Shown: positions 1 to 9,847 of the stretch, piece after piece
Numbering within the stretch: position 1 is the stretch's first letter
How the letters are laid out: the number at the start of each line of letters is the position of its first letter
From: Gemmatimonadales bacterium
Lineage (GTDB): Bacteria > Gemmatimonadota > Gemmatimonadetes > Gemmatimonadales > GWC2-71-9
Assembly: GCA_037189525.1 (NCBI GenBank)
Contig: JBBCJC010000005.1
Coordinates: 1,125,701 to 1,189,700 of the forward strand
Direction of reading: 5' to 3'
Length of the DNA: 64,000 nucleotides
Translations under genes and position numbers: made by a program
The notes under the pieces: model-generated
The model's input: the letters and a program-made list of their open reading frames with translations, nothing else
What the model was told of the DNA's origin: nothing
The model's database searches: none

Positions 1-1
1 C

Positions 2-334
2 GAGCTGCTCCAGGGAACACTCGACCTCATCATCCTCCAAACGCTCCGGTGGGGACCGCAGCACGGCTTCGGGCTCGCGCAGATGATCCGCGCTCACTCG
101 AGCGACACGCTGCAGGTGGAGACCGGGTCGCTGTACCCGGCGCTCCATCGTCTCGAGCGCGCCAAGCTCATCGACGCCAAGTGGGACCGGTCCGGGAAGG
201 GCCAACGCGTGCGCGTCTACCGACTCACCGCCGCCGGCCACAAACGCCTCGCCGCCGAACGCACGAAGTGGGAACGAATGACGCAGGCCATTGCCGGGAT
301 TCTCAATCCACCGCTCGCGGACGGCGGATCATGA
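2..334 (+). CDS. PadR-family transcriptional regulator (acidobacterial-type), 5' truncated by window edge
   Basis: Frame from position 2 reads ELLQGTLDLIILQTLRWGPQHGFGLAQ...GSLYPALHRLE...RVYRLTAAG; stop overlaps next ATG (ATGA 331-334). Confidence 0.92.
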   Translation, partial: ELLQGTLDLIILQTLRWGPQHGFGLAQMIRAHSSDTLQVETGSLYPALHRLERAKLIDAKWDRSGKGQRVRVYRLTAAGHKRLAAERTKWERMTQAIAGILNPPLADGGS

Positions 335-2949
335 GATGGCCGTGGCAGCGCGCCGCGCGCGAGCGGGAACTCGCCGAGGAACTCCGGTCCCATCTCGAGA
401 TGGCCACGGCACAGCGCATCGAGCGCGGTGAACCGCCGGCGCTCGCTCGCGCCAATGCGCGGCGCGAGTTCGGCAACGCGACGCACGTCGCCGAAGTGAC
501 ACGCGACATGTGGGGCGGCGCGTCGTGGGACGCATTCGTTCGCGATGTCCGCCATGCGGCGCGTAGCCTGCGTCGATCGCCAGCATTTACCGCGGTCGCG
601 GTCGCCACGTTTGCGCTTGGTATCGGCGCCAACACGGCGATGTTCACGGTCGTGAACGGAGCGCTCCTCAAACCGCTGCCGTTCGACGAGCCGGACCGCC
701 TCGTCCTTCTTTCGCACCTGCCCGAGGAACGTGGCCCGAACGCTATCGCGATGGGCGATCGCACGTTCGCCGAGCTGCGTACATCGCCGTCGCATGCGTT
801 CGCGTCGCTCGCCAGTTTTGCGCCGAATCAGATGACGCTCACGGGCGTCGGTGACGCGGAGCGACTCAGCACCGCGCAGGCATCGGCGAGTCTGCTGTCC
901 ACCCTGCGGGTATCGGCGGCCATGGGGCGCACGTTTACGGCGCAGGAGGAAGAAGCCGGTCACGATCACGTCGTCCTCTTGAGCGACTCGTTCTGGCGCG
1001 AGCGATTCGGCGGCGCGCACTCCGTGCTCGGCACGTCGATTGTCCTGGATGGCATGGCCTTCACGGTCATCGGCGTGATGCCGCCGACATTCGACTTTCC
1101 TCATCGCGCGGCGCTCTGGACGCCGCTCCCGGCACGCCCCAATCCAAACATTGGGATTTTCCGACCGGTTGTCGCGAGGCTGTCTCCCGGAGTGTCGCTC
1201 GAGACGGCGCGGCGCGAACTGGAGTCGACACTCGCACGATTACCATCCGTCGCGGACGAGAAACCGGGCACGTACATTACGACCGTTCGTCCACTGGTCG
1301 ACTTACTCGTGGCTCAGGCGAGACCGTCGCTCTGGATCTTCAGCGGCGCCGTGTCCTTCGTCTTATTGATCGCGTGTGCGAACGTGGCAAATCTGCTCCT
1401 CATTCGCGCGTCGACGCGGCGGCATGACATCGGCGTCCGGGCCGCGCTTGGCGCTGGACGAGCGCGCATCATACGTCAGCTCGTGACCGAGAGCGCACTC
1501 GTCGCCTGCATCGGTGGCGCGGCGGGGCTCGTGCTTGCGACGTGGGGCGTCCGCGTCCTCCTCGCGACGGCGCCCGCCGGCCGGATTCCACGCGGTCAGG
1601 ACATCACCGTCGATTGGCGCATGATGGGCGCCGCATTCGGCGTGTCGATCGTCGCGGGTATTTTGTGCGGGATTTTTCCAGCACTCGCGAGTACACGCCG
1701 CGATCCGCGCGAGGCACTCACCGCGGGCGGACGGACGGTCGCCGGGACTCACGACCGGGTGCGGCGCGTGTTCGTGGTTGCACAACTCGCGCTGACGATT
1801 GTGTTGTTGTCGGGCGCTGGATTGTTGCTCAAGAGTTTCGCGCGAATGCGCGCCGTCGATCCGGGATTTCGTACCAGCGACGTCGTGACGTTTGGGGTGA
1901 ACCTGCCACACGCCGCTTTTCCCAACGCTGCGGACATTCGCACGTTTCACACGAGCGTGGTCGATCGCTTGCGGCAGGTGCCCGGCGTGGAGTCGGCGAC
2001 GATGGTGAACTGGGTCCCGCTCGGGCGCGCGCTCATCAGTGGCGATCTGCATATCGAAGGCGGCGCTGCGATGCCAAAGGGCTACGTGGTCGACAAGCTC
2101 GTCACGGCGCCCGGATATTTCAGCACGATGGGCATCCGGCTCTTCGCCGGCCGTGACTTCGACAGCCGCGACCATCAGTCGTCGCTACCCGTGACAATCG
2201 TGAGCCGCTCGGTGGCGCAACGGTTCTGGCCGCCCGATGGACGTGGCGCGCTTGGTCATCGGCTCACCGAGAAAAGAGAGAAGCCACAGCCAAGCGACTG
2301 GCGGACGATCATCGGCATCGTCGACGATATTGCGCAGCAGAGTGTGACGCAGGGCCGCCACGGCGCACAGTATTTTCCTGTGGCGCAAACGGAAGATCTC
2401 GTGTTCATCCGCAACGTCACGTTTGTCGCGCGCACCGCGCGAACCGCGCCGGATCTGACACCGTCGTTGCGCGCGATTGCCCACGAATTGAACCCTGTCG
2501 TGGCGCTGCGGGACATCCGATCGATGGACGATGCCGCCGCCGCATCAATCGGCGATGCGCGCTTCGAGACGCGGCTGCTGGCGACCTTCGCGGCGCTCGC
2601 GTTGTTGCTCGCGGCGGTCGGAACCTATGGTGTCCTCGCGTACGATGTTGCCGCGCGCACCCACGAACTTGGCGTCCGCGTGGCACTCGGCGCGGTGTCG
2701 GGCGACGTCATGCAGGCGGTCTTGCGCCGGACACTGGCGCTCGTGCTTCCGGGATTGGTGCTTGGGCTGATTGGCGCGGTGGCCGTGACACGCGTGCTGC
2801 GGAGTTCACTCTTCGAGGTCACGCCCACCGATCCGGCAACATTGGCGGCAGTCTCCGGTGTGCTGTTGCTGGTTGCGTTGATCGCCAGCCTCGGCCCGAC
2901 GCGTCGAGCAATGCGCGTCGATCCGATGACGACGCTACGGAGTGAGTAG
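331..2949 (+). CDS. ADOP-type duplicated MacB/FtsX ABC permease
   Basis: MRWPW start; permease-prefix motif EELRSHLEM...ARREFGN; LGIGANTAMF, LLIACANVANLLL and ELGVRVALGA motifs; ends VDPMTTLRSE. Confidence 0.93.
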   Translation: MRWPWQRAARERELAEELRSHLEMATAQRIERGEPPALARANARREFGNATHVAEVTRDMWGGASWDAFVRDVRHAARSLRRSPAFTAVAVATFALGIGANTAMFTVVNGALLKPLPFDEPDRLVLLSHLPEERGPNAIAMGDRTFAELRTSPSHAFASLASFAPNQMTLTGVGDAERLSTAQASASLLSTLRVSAAMGRTFTAQEEEAGHDHVVLLSDSFWRERFGGAHSVLGTSIVLDGMAFTVIGVMPPTFDFPHRAALWTPLPARPNPNIGIFRPVVARLSPGVSLETARRELESTLARLPSVADEKPGTYITTVRPLVDLLVAQARPSLWIFSGAVSFVLLIACANVANLLLIRASTRRHDIGVRAALGAGRARIIRQLVTESALVACIGGAAGLVLATWGVRVLLATAPAGRIPRGQDITVDWRMMGAAFGVSIVAGILCGIFPALASTRRDPREALTAGGRTVAGTHDRVRRVFVVAQLALTIVLLSGAGLLLKSFARMRAVDPGFRTSDVVTFGVNLPHAAFPNAADIRTFHTSVVDRLRQVPGVESATMVNWVPLGRALISGDLHIEGGAAMPKGYVVDKLVTAPGYFSTMGIRLFAGRDFDSRDHQSSLPVTIVSRSVAQRFWPPDGRGALGHRLTEKREKPQPSDWRTIIGIVDDIAQQSVTQGRHGAQYFPVAQTEDLVFIRNVTFVARTARTAPDLTPSLRAIAHELNPVVALRDIRSMDDAAAASIGDARFETRLLATFAALALLLAAVGTYGVLAYDVAARTHELGVRVALGAVSGDVMQAVLRRTLALVLPGLVLGLIGAVAVTRVLRSSLFEVTPTDPATLAAVSGVLLLVALIASLGPTRRAMRVDPMTTLRSE

Positions 2950-3077
2950 CTTCTCCCACTCCCCGGTAGCGAGGAGGTGGAGGAGCTGCCGTTCACGTTC
3001 TGGCGGCCGACGGCGCCACCTGATCGACTAGGAGCTTCACTGTTTCGCGGAAGTCGGATGGCGCCTAACTTTCAGGC

Positions 3078-4295
3078 ATGCCACATCCGACCCTGTCGCA
3101 CTCCGAGGCCGCCGGCCCCAAGTTGCCGATGGCCGACTGCACCCTGTATCAGCTGAGCGACGACCCCTATCCGCATTTGGCACGGCTCCGCGAGCGGGCG
3201 CCGGTGGCATGGTTCCCGGATACCGGCATGTGGCTGGTGACCCGGTACGACGACGTCCTGGCGGTGCTGCGCGATACCGAAACATTCACCACCGACCATC
3301 CGGGTTCGCCGATCCAGGACATCTTCGGGCGCCAGATGCTGAGCATCGACGGCGATCTCCAGAAGCGCTACAAGGCGGCCTGTATCCATCCCTTTGCGAA
3401 GAAGAGCATCAAGGACGGGTTGGATGCGGTGGTGGCCGCCAAGGTCGATCGCCTGCTGCTCTCGTTCGAGTGGCAGGGCCATGCCGACCTTCGGACCGTA
3501 CTGACCGGTCCGCTTTCGGTGTACAGCGTGGCCCGCGTGCTCGGGATTCCGGATGAGTTTCACGGGACGATCTATCACTGGTACGAGCACTTTGCGCGGG
3601 CGCTGGCCAATTTCACGCAGAACGCCGAAGCGCGGATGCGTGGACAGGTTGCCGCCGCCGAGTTCCGGACAGCGATGGGTCCGCTGCTCCGACGCGCGGC
3701 TGCCGAGCCCGACGCCGGGCTCTTCTCGACGCTGGTGCATGCATCCGACCGGCTTCGCGACGACGAAATCCTGTCGAATGCGCTGATCATTCTGTTCGGG
3801 GGCATCGAAACGACCGACTCGATGATGGCCAACGCAGCCTACGCGCTGCTCACCGACCGCGACTCACTGGATCGTCTCCGCGACGAGGCGTCGCTCTGGC
3901 CCAACGCGATCGAGGAGAGCCTGCGCTGGGAGCCTGCGGTGCAGAGCTGCACCCGCTTTGCCACCCGTGACGCGGAGATTGCGGGGATTCGAATTCCGGC
4001 CGGGGAAACCGTCCAGTGCATGATCGGCGGCGCCAATCGCGACCCGGCCAAGTTTCCCGAACCGGACCGGTTCGACATCGGGCGCGCCAATGCCGATCAG
4101 CATCTCTCGTTCGGAATCGGGCGGCATCTGTGCCTGGGAGCCCACCTGGCACGCGCCGAGGCGATGGCGGTGGTGCCGACGATCTTCGAGCGGCTCCGCG
4201 AGTTACGCCTCGATGCGGAACACCCGGCCCGACCGACCGGATACGAGTTCCGGCGGCCGAGCCATCTGCAAGTGCGTTGGACCGTTACTGGTTGA
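3078..4295 (+). CDS. Cytochrome P450
   Basis: I-helix GGIETT, ExxR (EESLR), ANRDP..F..PDRFD and heme motif FGIGRHLCLG. Alternative start at 3129. Confidence 0.95.
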   Translation: MPHPTLSHSEAAGPKLPMADCTLYQLSDDPYPHLARLRERAPVAWFPDTGMWLVTRYDDVLAVLRDTETFTTDHPGSPIQDIFGRQMLSIDGDLQKRYKAACIHPFAKKSIKDGLDAVVAAKVDRLLLSFEWQGHADLRTVLTGPLSVYSVARVLGIPDEFHGTIYHWYEHFARALANFTQNAEARMRGQVAAAEFRTAMGPLLRRAAAEPDAGLFSTLVHASDRLRDDEILSNALIILFGGIETTDSMMANAAYALLTDRDSLDRLRDEASLWPNAIEESLRWEPAVQSCTRFATRDAEIAGIRIPAGETVQCMIGGANRDPAKFPEPDRFDIGRANADQHLSFGIGRHLCLGAHLARAEAMAVVPTIFERLRELRLDAEHPARPTGYEFRRPSHLQVRWTVTG

Positions 4296-5397
4296 TGACG
4301 GGGATCGCCTGCGTCGACGCGCGGGCCTCCGCTTCGACGGCCGTCGCGACGGACCGGAGCGCCTGCGCTGCGGGGCTGTCGGGCAGCGAAACCACGATGG
4401 GCCGGCCCTGATCCGCCTGGTCCGCAAGACCGGGCTGCAGCGGGATTTCGCCGAGGAGCGGGACGCCCACCTCGTCGGCCAGACGCTGACCGCCACCAGA
4501 TGAAAAGAGGGCGAAACGCTGCCCCGTGGCCGGGTCGACAAACGCGCTCATGTTCTCGACGACGCCGTAGACCGGGACATTGACCTTCTCGAACATCTTG
4601 GCGCCGCGCAGCGCGTCGCCCACCGCCATTTCCTGTGGCGTCGTCACGATGACCGCGCCGGACACCTGGACCGATTGGACTAGCGACAGCTGCGCATCAC
4701 CGGTGCCGGGCGGCATGTCGACCACGAAGTAGTCGAGCTCACCCCACGCGACGTCCCGCAGGAACTGCTGGATCACCTTCATGATGATCGGACCACGCCA
4801 GATGGCGGGGGCGTCCCGGTCGACCAGAAATCCGATCGACATCAGCTTGACGCCGTGCGCTTCGAGCGGCTGAATCCGCCCGTCCCGAACCGGCGGACGC
4901 TCGAAGAGCCCGAACATCCGGGGAATGTTGGGTCCGTAGATGTCGGCGTCCATGATGCCGACCCGCTTGCCGGACTGGGCCAGCGCCACCGCCAGGTTGG
5001 CAGCAACGGTGGACTTGCCGACGCCCCCTTTCCCCGACGAGACGGCAATCACCCGACCCAGGTGCGGAAACTCGACCGGAGCCGGCGGCGCCGGCATGCC
5101 GGTCGATTGCGGCGCGGTGTTTCCCGGCGCGGCATGCGTCGTCGGGGTCGGACCAGCCGGGTCCGCAACCGTGATTTTGACTTCGGTGACGCCGGGAATG
5201 GCCTTGAGCGCCGCGCGCGCCTCACGAACCAGCGTGGCGGGATCGGAGCGACTCAACAGAAAGGTGAAGGTCACCCGACCGTCCTGTTGAACAATCAGGT
5301 CCCGCACCATACCCGCCGAAATCAGGTCACTCTCGAGACGGGGGTTGATGATCCGGGAAAGGGCGGCTCCGACCAGCGCTTCAATGGACTCCGACAC
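4285..5397 (-). CDS. mrp: Mrp/ApbC (NBP35-family) P-loop ATPase with N-terminal DUF59-like domain
   Basis: SGKGGVGKST, DADIYGP, WRGP, DMPPGTGD, TTPQ and VVENMS motifs; GAGG precedes GTG at 5397. Confidence 0.93.
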   Translation of the reverse strand: MSESIEALVGAALSRIINPRLESDLISAGMVRDLIVQQDGRVTFTFLLSRSDPATLVREARAALKAIPGVTEVKITVADPAGPTPTTHAAPGNTAPQSTGMPAPPAPVEFPHLGRVIAVSSGKGGVGKSTVAANLAVALAQSGKRVGIMDADIYGPNIPRMFGLFERPPVRDGRIQPLEAHGVKLMSIGFLVDRDAPAIWRGPIIMKVIQQFLRDVAWGELDYFVVDMPPGTGDAQLSLVQSVQVSGAVIVTTPQEMAVGDALRGAKMFEKVNVPVYGVVENMSAFVDPATGQRFALFSSGGGQRLADEVGVPLLGEIPLQPGLADQADQGRPIVVSLPDSPAAQALRSVATAVEAEARASTQAIPVINQ

Positions 5398-5498
5398 GAA
5401 CACCTCGACCGAGAAACCGTAGGGACCCGTTTCACACCCCGATCGCGGGAGCGACCGGACGGGGAGAGCTACTCGGCAATATAAGCCATGCGGCGGGG

Positions 5499-5729
5499 TT
5501 AAACGGCCTGCACGACCTTCACTTCGGGGACGAACTCCCTGAGCCGGACTTCGATGCCCTGGCGGAGCGTAATGGTGGAGGCAGCGCAGCCATGGCAGGT
5601 TCCGCCGAGGCGCAACGTCAGCACACCATCATCGTCATCGAAATCGACGACCTCCACCGAGCCCCGATGCGAGGCGATGTAGGGGCGAAGGGAGTCCAGG
5701 GTTTGTTCGATTCGCGTCAGTATATCCAT
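5499..5729 (-). CDS. Stand-alone NifU-C/Nfu domain Fe-S carrier
   Basis: LRPYIASHRGSVEVV...LGGTCHGCAASTITLRQGIE with CxxC. Confidence 0.9.
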   Translation of the reverse strand: MDILTRIEQTLDSLRPYIASHRGSVEVVDFDDDDGVLTLRLGGTCHGCAASTITLRQGIEVRLREFVPEVKVVQAV

Positions 5730-5843
5730 AGCACTGCCAGCCGGTTGATCGATCGGGAATACCCGACTCGGAATATACAACGAACCGGGCCCGGGCCCCC
5801 TCGTCGATCCGCGTCGCGTCCTTCCCGACAGAGCAGCGGTTGG

Positions 5844-6614
5844 CTATCCCAGCACCGCGCGAATGACGAAGATTGCAAAGGCGATGTTGGTCGCCAGATG
5901 GCCGACGATGCCGGGCCAGGTGCTTCCGGTCCGCTGCGCCACATACGCGAGCGGAACCGTAATCGGCAGGTAGGCGACGATGCCGCCCAGCGTGGTGTGA
6001 TAGAAGATGTGAAAGAGGTCCCACAGCACGCCGTTGACCAGCCAGGCCCATTTGCCAAACGCCAGTTCCTGACGCGGCAGGATGATCCCGCGCCACCAGA
6101 GTTCCTCCCCTCCGATGTTGAACACGACGAGCCCGATGATGAGCCAGAGGCCCACCAGCCAGCGACCTTCGAGCGAGGACCCGCTCAGGACACCGCGCTG
6201 CATGTCGCCCATGAAGGCGGTGAATTCCGGCGGGGCCGTGTAGAGGCGGACGGCGTTGAGCGGCTCAGCCAGCGCACCGAGCAGGGATGCCCCCGCCAGC
6301 GACACCGCCACCAGCGCGATCGTCCAGAGCCAATCGCGTCCGGTGGGTTTCCGGAGCCGCATCCGGTCCCGAAAGGCCTCCCAGGTCCAGGGACGTCCTT
6401 CGAGCCGATAGGCCACCAGCGCCGCGACCAGCATCAGCGCGAGAGGGGCCGCAAAGGTGGCGCTGAAGACCACCACCCCGTCGTAGCCCTGCCGAACCAT
6501 CCAGGGCAGCAAGCCAAGCAGACTCGCCGAGAACAGGGCGGCGGGAATCCCGAAATACAACAGCGATCCGACCAGGCCGATGGGGCGCAACGGGCGGGCG
6601 ACGGGACTGGACAT
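5844..6614 (-). CDS. CPBP (Abi/CAAX type II) intramembrane glutamic metalloprotease
   Basis: Multi-TM; EELWWRG, LWDLFH and GHLATN motifs; GGAGG upstream of ATG 6614. Confidence 0.85.
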   Translation of the reverse strand: MSSPVARPLRPIGLVGSLLYFGIPAALFSASLLGLLPWMVRQGYDGVVVFSATFAAPLALMLVAALVAYRLEGRPWTWEAFRDRMRLRKPTGRDWLWTIALVAVSLAGASLLGALAEPLNAVRLYTAPPEFTAFMGDMQRGVLSGSSLEGRWLVGLWLIIGLVVFNIGGEELWWRGIILPRQELAFGKWAWLVNGVLWDLFHIFYHTTLGGIVAYLPITVPLAYVAQRTGSTWPGIVGHLATNIAFAIFVIRAVLG

Positions 6615-6701
6615 CCAGGCCTCCGACGAGGTGAACGGCATGCTGCGACGGTGAAATGGCCCTGAGCCCTCGGGCGACAACCGCTCCGACCTGCTCGTCC
6701 G

Positions 6702-9470
6702 TCAGACCTGCCTGAGTGCTTTGACGGGATCGACGCTGCCGGCGCGTCGTGCCGGAACGAACGCGGCGAGGCCCGTGACCCCGAGCAATACCACAGGGAC
6801 CAGCAGCAGCGTCACCGGATCGAGAGCGCGAACTCCATATAATGTACTCTCGACCAGGCGTCCGAACCCGAGCCCGACGACCAACCCGATACCGATGCCG
6901 ATCAGGGCTAGGCGGACTCCACCCCACATCAGCATCCGGATCACGGCGCCGCGATCCGCACCGAGCGAGAGACGGATGCCGACCTCCCGGACCCGCTGCG
7001 AGACCGAATAGCTGACCGAACCGTAGAGGCCGAGTGATGCCATGATCAACGCCAGCAGGGCAAAGCCGGCCAATGCGCCCGCGCCAAGCTGGACCGGGAG
7101 GGCGGTCACATCGAGGTGCTCTCGCATGGTCCGCTGCTCCATGATCAGGACGTTGGGGTCGACCTGACGAATGGCACGCACCGCCGCGCGCAGCAGCGCG
7201 CGCGCGTCTCCCGGCGCGGACACGACGAACCAACCCTCGGAAAACTCGTTCGTCGTGCCGAGCACATCGTAGGCAAACGGTCTGGGCGCTTCGGCCAAAT
7301 CGCGGATCTTGGCGTTGGCGACGATACCGACGACCTGGATTTCCCGTCCCTGGACCCGGTAATGCCTACCTATCGGATCGACTCCCGGCCAGTACCGAGC
7401 GGCGAAGGCCTCGTTGACCAACGCGACGGGTGGAGCGTCGGGCAGCAGATCGGTCGCGGTCAGGTTACGGCCGGCCGTGATGCGCAGGCCCGCCGCGCGC
7501 ACATAGCCGGTATCGATCCCCATCCGATCGAGGGCAAATCCGACCTCTCCCGGAGGCGGTTCGACGCCGTCGACGGTGATGGTGGCCATGTTCCGGTTGA
7601 GCACATTGAGGTGGACATTCTGGCCGAGTCCGACCGCGGTCACACCGGGAAGCTCTCGAACAGCCTCATGCATCCGAGCGAGCGATTGCCGGATCTGTTC
7701 CGGGGTACTACTTCCGCCGAACATGACCCAGACGAGCGCGGTGGGGTCTTTGCCGAACCCGACGTCCACGTTCCGGAGCGCACTCAGGCTCCGGACAAAC
7801 AGCCCTGCCACCAGGAGCAACACGACGGACACCGCCACCTGCGCAGTCACCAGCATGTTTCGGAGCCCGCTCTTCTGCCGTCCGCCGCCCGCGCTCTCCT
7901 CGCGAATGACACCGGCCAGATCGACGCGGGTTGCCTGCAGAGCCGGCGCGAGCCCGGCCAGGAGGCCGGCGACGATCGAGACGACCGTCGTGAAGGCCAG
8001 CACCCGCCAGTCGAGCGGCAGATCGAGCGTGACGGGCGCCGGGAGCGGCAAGTCGGCCGCCAACACGGCGCGCAGCGACAATCGGCCGACGATGACGCCC
8101 AGGACCCCGCCCAGCACGCCCAGCAGCATGGTTTCGATGAGCAGCTGCCGCACCAGTTGGCCGCGAGTCGCACCAAGGCTCAACCGGACGCCGATTTCCT
8201 TCCGGCGATCGATGGCGCGCGCCAACAGGAACCCCGCCAGGTTGGCACAGGCAATCACCAGGACGAGGCCGACGACAACCATCAGGACCGTGATCAACGG
8301 CCGGAGCATGTTATCGACCGGCGGATAGAAGATCACATCCGCAGCGGGAATGATCGTGAAGCCCGTCTTGCCTTCCCACGATTCGAGCCGCTGTTCCCGA
8401 AGACTGGCGGCCAGGCCACGGGTCGCCACCTCCGCTTCAGGGATCGATCCGCCGCTCCGCAGGCGGGCCCGAACGAAGATCGAGTTATTGGCCCGATCGG
8501 TCGCTTCGTTCCGGCTGCCCGGCGTCAGGTCGACGGTCCTGGTCAACGGGATGTAGACATCGGTCGAGATGCCGCGGAGGCTCCCTTCGAAGGCCGGGGT
8601 TGCCACACCGATCACGGTGTAGTCGCCGGCCGTCAGCGAGAGCGTGCGGCCGATGACGGACGGGTCCGCGCCGAAGACCCGGCGCCAGTACCGGTCGCTC
8701 AGCACGGCTACCGACCCGACACCCGGCGCGGGGGCATCGGCGGCCTGGATCATCCGGCCCCGTTCCGCCCGAATGCCCAGGATCGAAAAGAAGTTGCCCG
8801 ACACGAGCTGCAAGGTGATCCGTTCGGGCTGTTCCTGGCCGACGACCGACGCGTAGGCCATGCGGAAGCCTCCAACCCCCTCGAACGCATCGAGACGATT
8901 CAGGTCTTCCAGATCGGGATAGGAGACGGGAAGGAAGTCATTCTCCGCATCGGTCCGATAGATCTCGACGACTTCCTCGGGCCGTTCGATCGGCGGCTTC
9001 CGGAAGATCACGTCATTGACCAGAGTGAAGACGGCCGCGTTGGCTCCGATACCTAACGCCAGCGACAGGACCGCGATCATCGTGAATGCCGGCCGAGCGG
9101 CGAGGCGTCTGACGGCATAGCGCAGATCCCGTAGGGCCTGCTGAGCCCAGCTGTCGCTCGGCCCCGACCCGCCTAACGGTTCCGGCGTGACGGTTCGTTT
9201 GGCCCGACCGATCAGGTCGGCCGTCTGCTTGCCGTCGCCGAAGGTCGCCAGCAGTTCTTCGGGCGTCCGCCCCGCGGCGAGGCCGTCTTCGAAGTGCGCC
9301 ACCAATTCCCGGAATACCTCTTCCCGGCGATCGTCCGGCAACCGGCTTTCGACGATGACCTCCGCCACCCGCGCAGCAAGGACCTGCGGGAGGCCCGCCG
9401 CGCAGGCCAGGCGTTCGACGCTCAAGCGGTCGAGGCGACCGGAAAGGCCTTCTCCTCCATTGCGACCCAT
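6702..9470 (-). CDS. ADOP-type duplicated MacB/FtsX ABC permease with helical (HAAS-like) N-terminal extension
   Basis: DLRYAVRRL..RPAFT..LALGIGANAAVF, LVIACANLAGFLL, EIGVRLSLGA/EVGIRLSLGA; ends VDPVKALRQV. Confidence 0.92.
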   Translation of the reverse strand: MGRNGGEGLSGRLDRLSVERLACAAGLPQVLAARVAEVIVESRLPDDRREEVFRELVAHFEDGLAAGRTPEELLATFGDGKQTADLIGRAKRTVTPEPLGGSGPSDSWAQQALRDLRYAVRRLAARPAFTMIAVLSLALGIGANAAVFTLVNDVIFRKPPIERPEEVVEIYRTDAENDFLPVSYPDLEDLNRLDAFEGVGGFRMAYASVVGQEQPERITLQLVSGNFFSILGIRAERGRMIQAADAPAPGVGSVAVLSDRYWRRVFGADPSVIGRTLSLTAGDYTVIGVATPAFEGSLRGISTDVYIPLTRTVDLTPGSRNEATDRANNSIFVRARLRSGGSIPEAEVATRGLAASLREQRLESWEGKTGFTIIPAADVIFYPPVDNMLRPLITVLMVVVGLVLVIACANLAGFLLARAIDRRKEIGVRLSLGATRGQLVRQLLIETMLLGVLGGVLGVIVGRLSLRAVLAADLPLPAPVTLDLPLDWRVLAFTTVVSIVAGLLAGLAPALQATRVDLAGVIREESAGGGRQKSGLRNMLVTAQVAVSVVLLLVAGLFVRSLSALRNVDVGFGKDPTALVWVMFGGSSTPEQIRQSLARMHEAVRELPGVTAVGLGQNVHLNVLNRNMATITVDGVEPPPGEVGFALDRMGIDTGYVRAAGLRITAGRNLTATDLLPDAPPVALVNEAFAARYWPGVDPIGRHYRVQGREIQVVGIVANAKIRDLAEAPRPFAYDVLGTTNEFSEGWFVVSAPGDARALLRAAVRAIRQVDPNVLIMEQRTMREHLDVTALPVQLGAGALAGFALLALIMASLGLYGSVSYSVSQRVREVGIRLSLGADRGAVIRMLMWGGVRLALIGIGIGLVVGLGFGRLVESTLYGVRALDPVTLLLVPVVLLGVTGLAAFVPARRAGSVDPVKALRQV

Positions 9471-9472
9471 GA

Positions 9473-9820
9473 TCAGGCCTCCGCGCGATCCGGTGTGACC
9501 AGGCCAAGGCTGACCATGGCTTCGAACAACTCCTGCCACCGGGCCCGGTGGTCATCCAGCATGGCCAGACCGGCCTCGGTGATCTGGTAGTACCGCCGCT
9601 TTCGCCCCGACGGTAACTCGACCCATCGGCTGAGCACCAGATGCTTCGCTTCGAGATTGTAGAGTAGCGGGTACAGGGTGGACTGCCCCATGGCCAGGAC
9701 GCCGTCCGAGCGCGCCGAGAGGGCCTCGACGAGTTCGTACCCGTACCGATCCCGATGTTTGAGCAACTGGAGCACGGCCGCCGGCCCCGCTCCCCGAATC
9801 AGTTCCCGACGCAGTTCCAC
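9473..9820 (-). CDS. PadR-family transcriptional regulator
   Basis: ELIRG...YGYELVE...STLYPLLYNLE...RKRRYYQIT; GGGAG RBS before GTG 9820. Confidence 0.92.
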   Translation of the reverse strand: MELRRELIRGAGPAAVLQLLKHRDRYGYELVEALSARSDGVLAMGQSTLYPLLYNLEAKHLVLSRWVELPSGRKRRYYQITEAGLAMLDDHRARWQELFEAMVSLGLVTPDRAEA

Positions 9821-9847
9821 ATTGTCTCCCTGAATGCCTCGGCCAAC

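Noticed and set aside
49..330. N-terminal extension of the first permease in the ORF track
   Set aside because: It overlaps padR in another frame; the real start is the coupled ATG at 331.
2950..3077. Possible gene remnant or compositional junction after the first permease
   Set aside because: No recognisable homology, att site or terminal repeat; a codon-usage shift cannot be quantified by eye.
7116..9056. 646-aa plus-strand ORF, and similar long alternative ORFs at 20529-22202, 21308-22948, 58233-59876 and 11039-12574
   Set aside because: Antisense or alternative-frame overlaps of clear genes; biased, motif-free translations.
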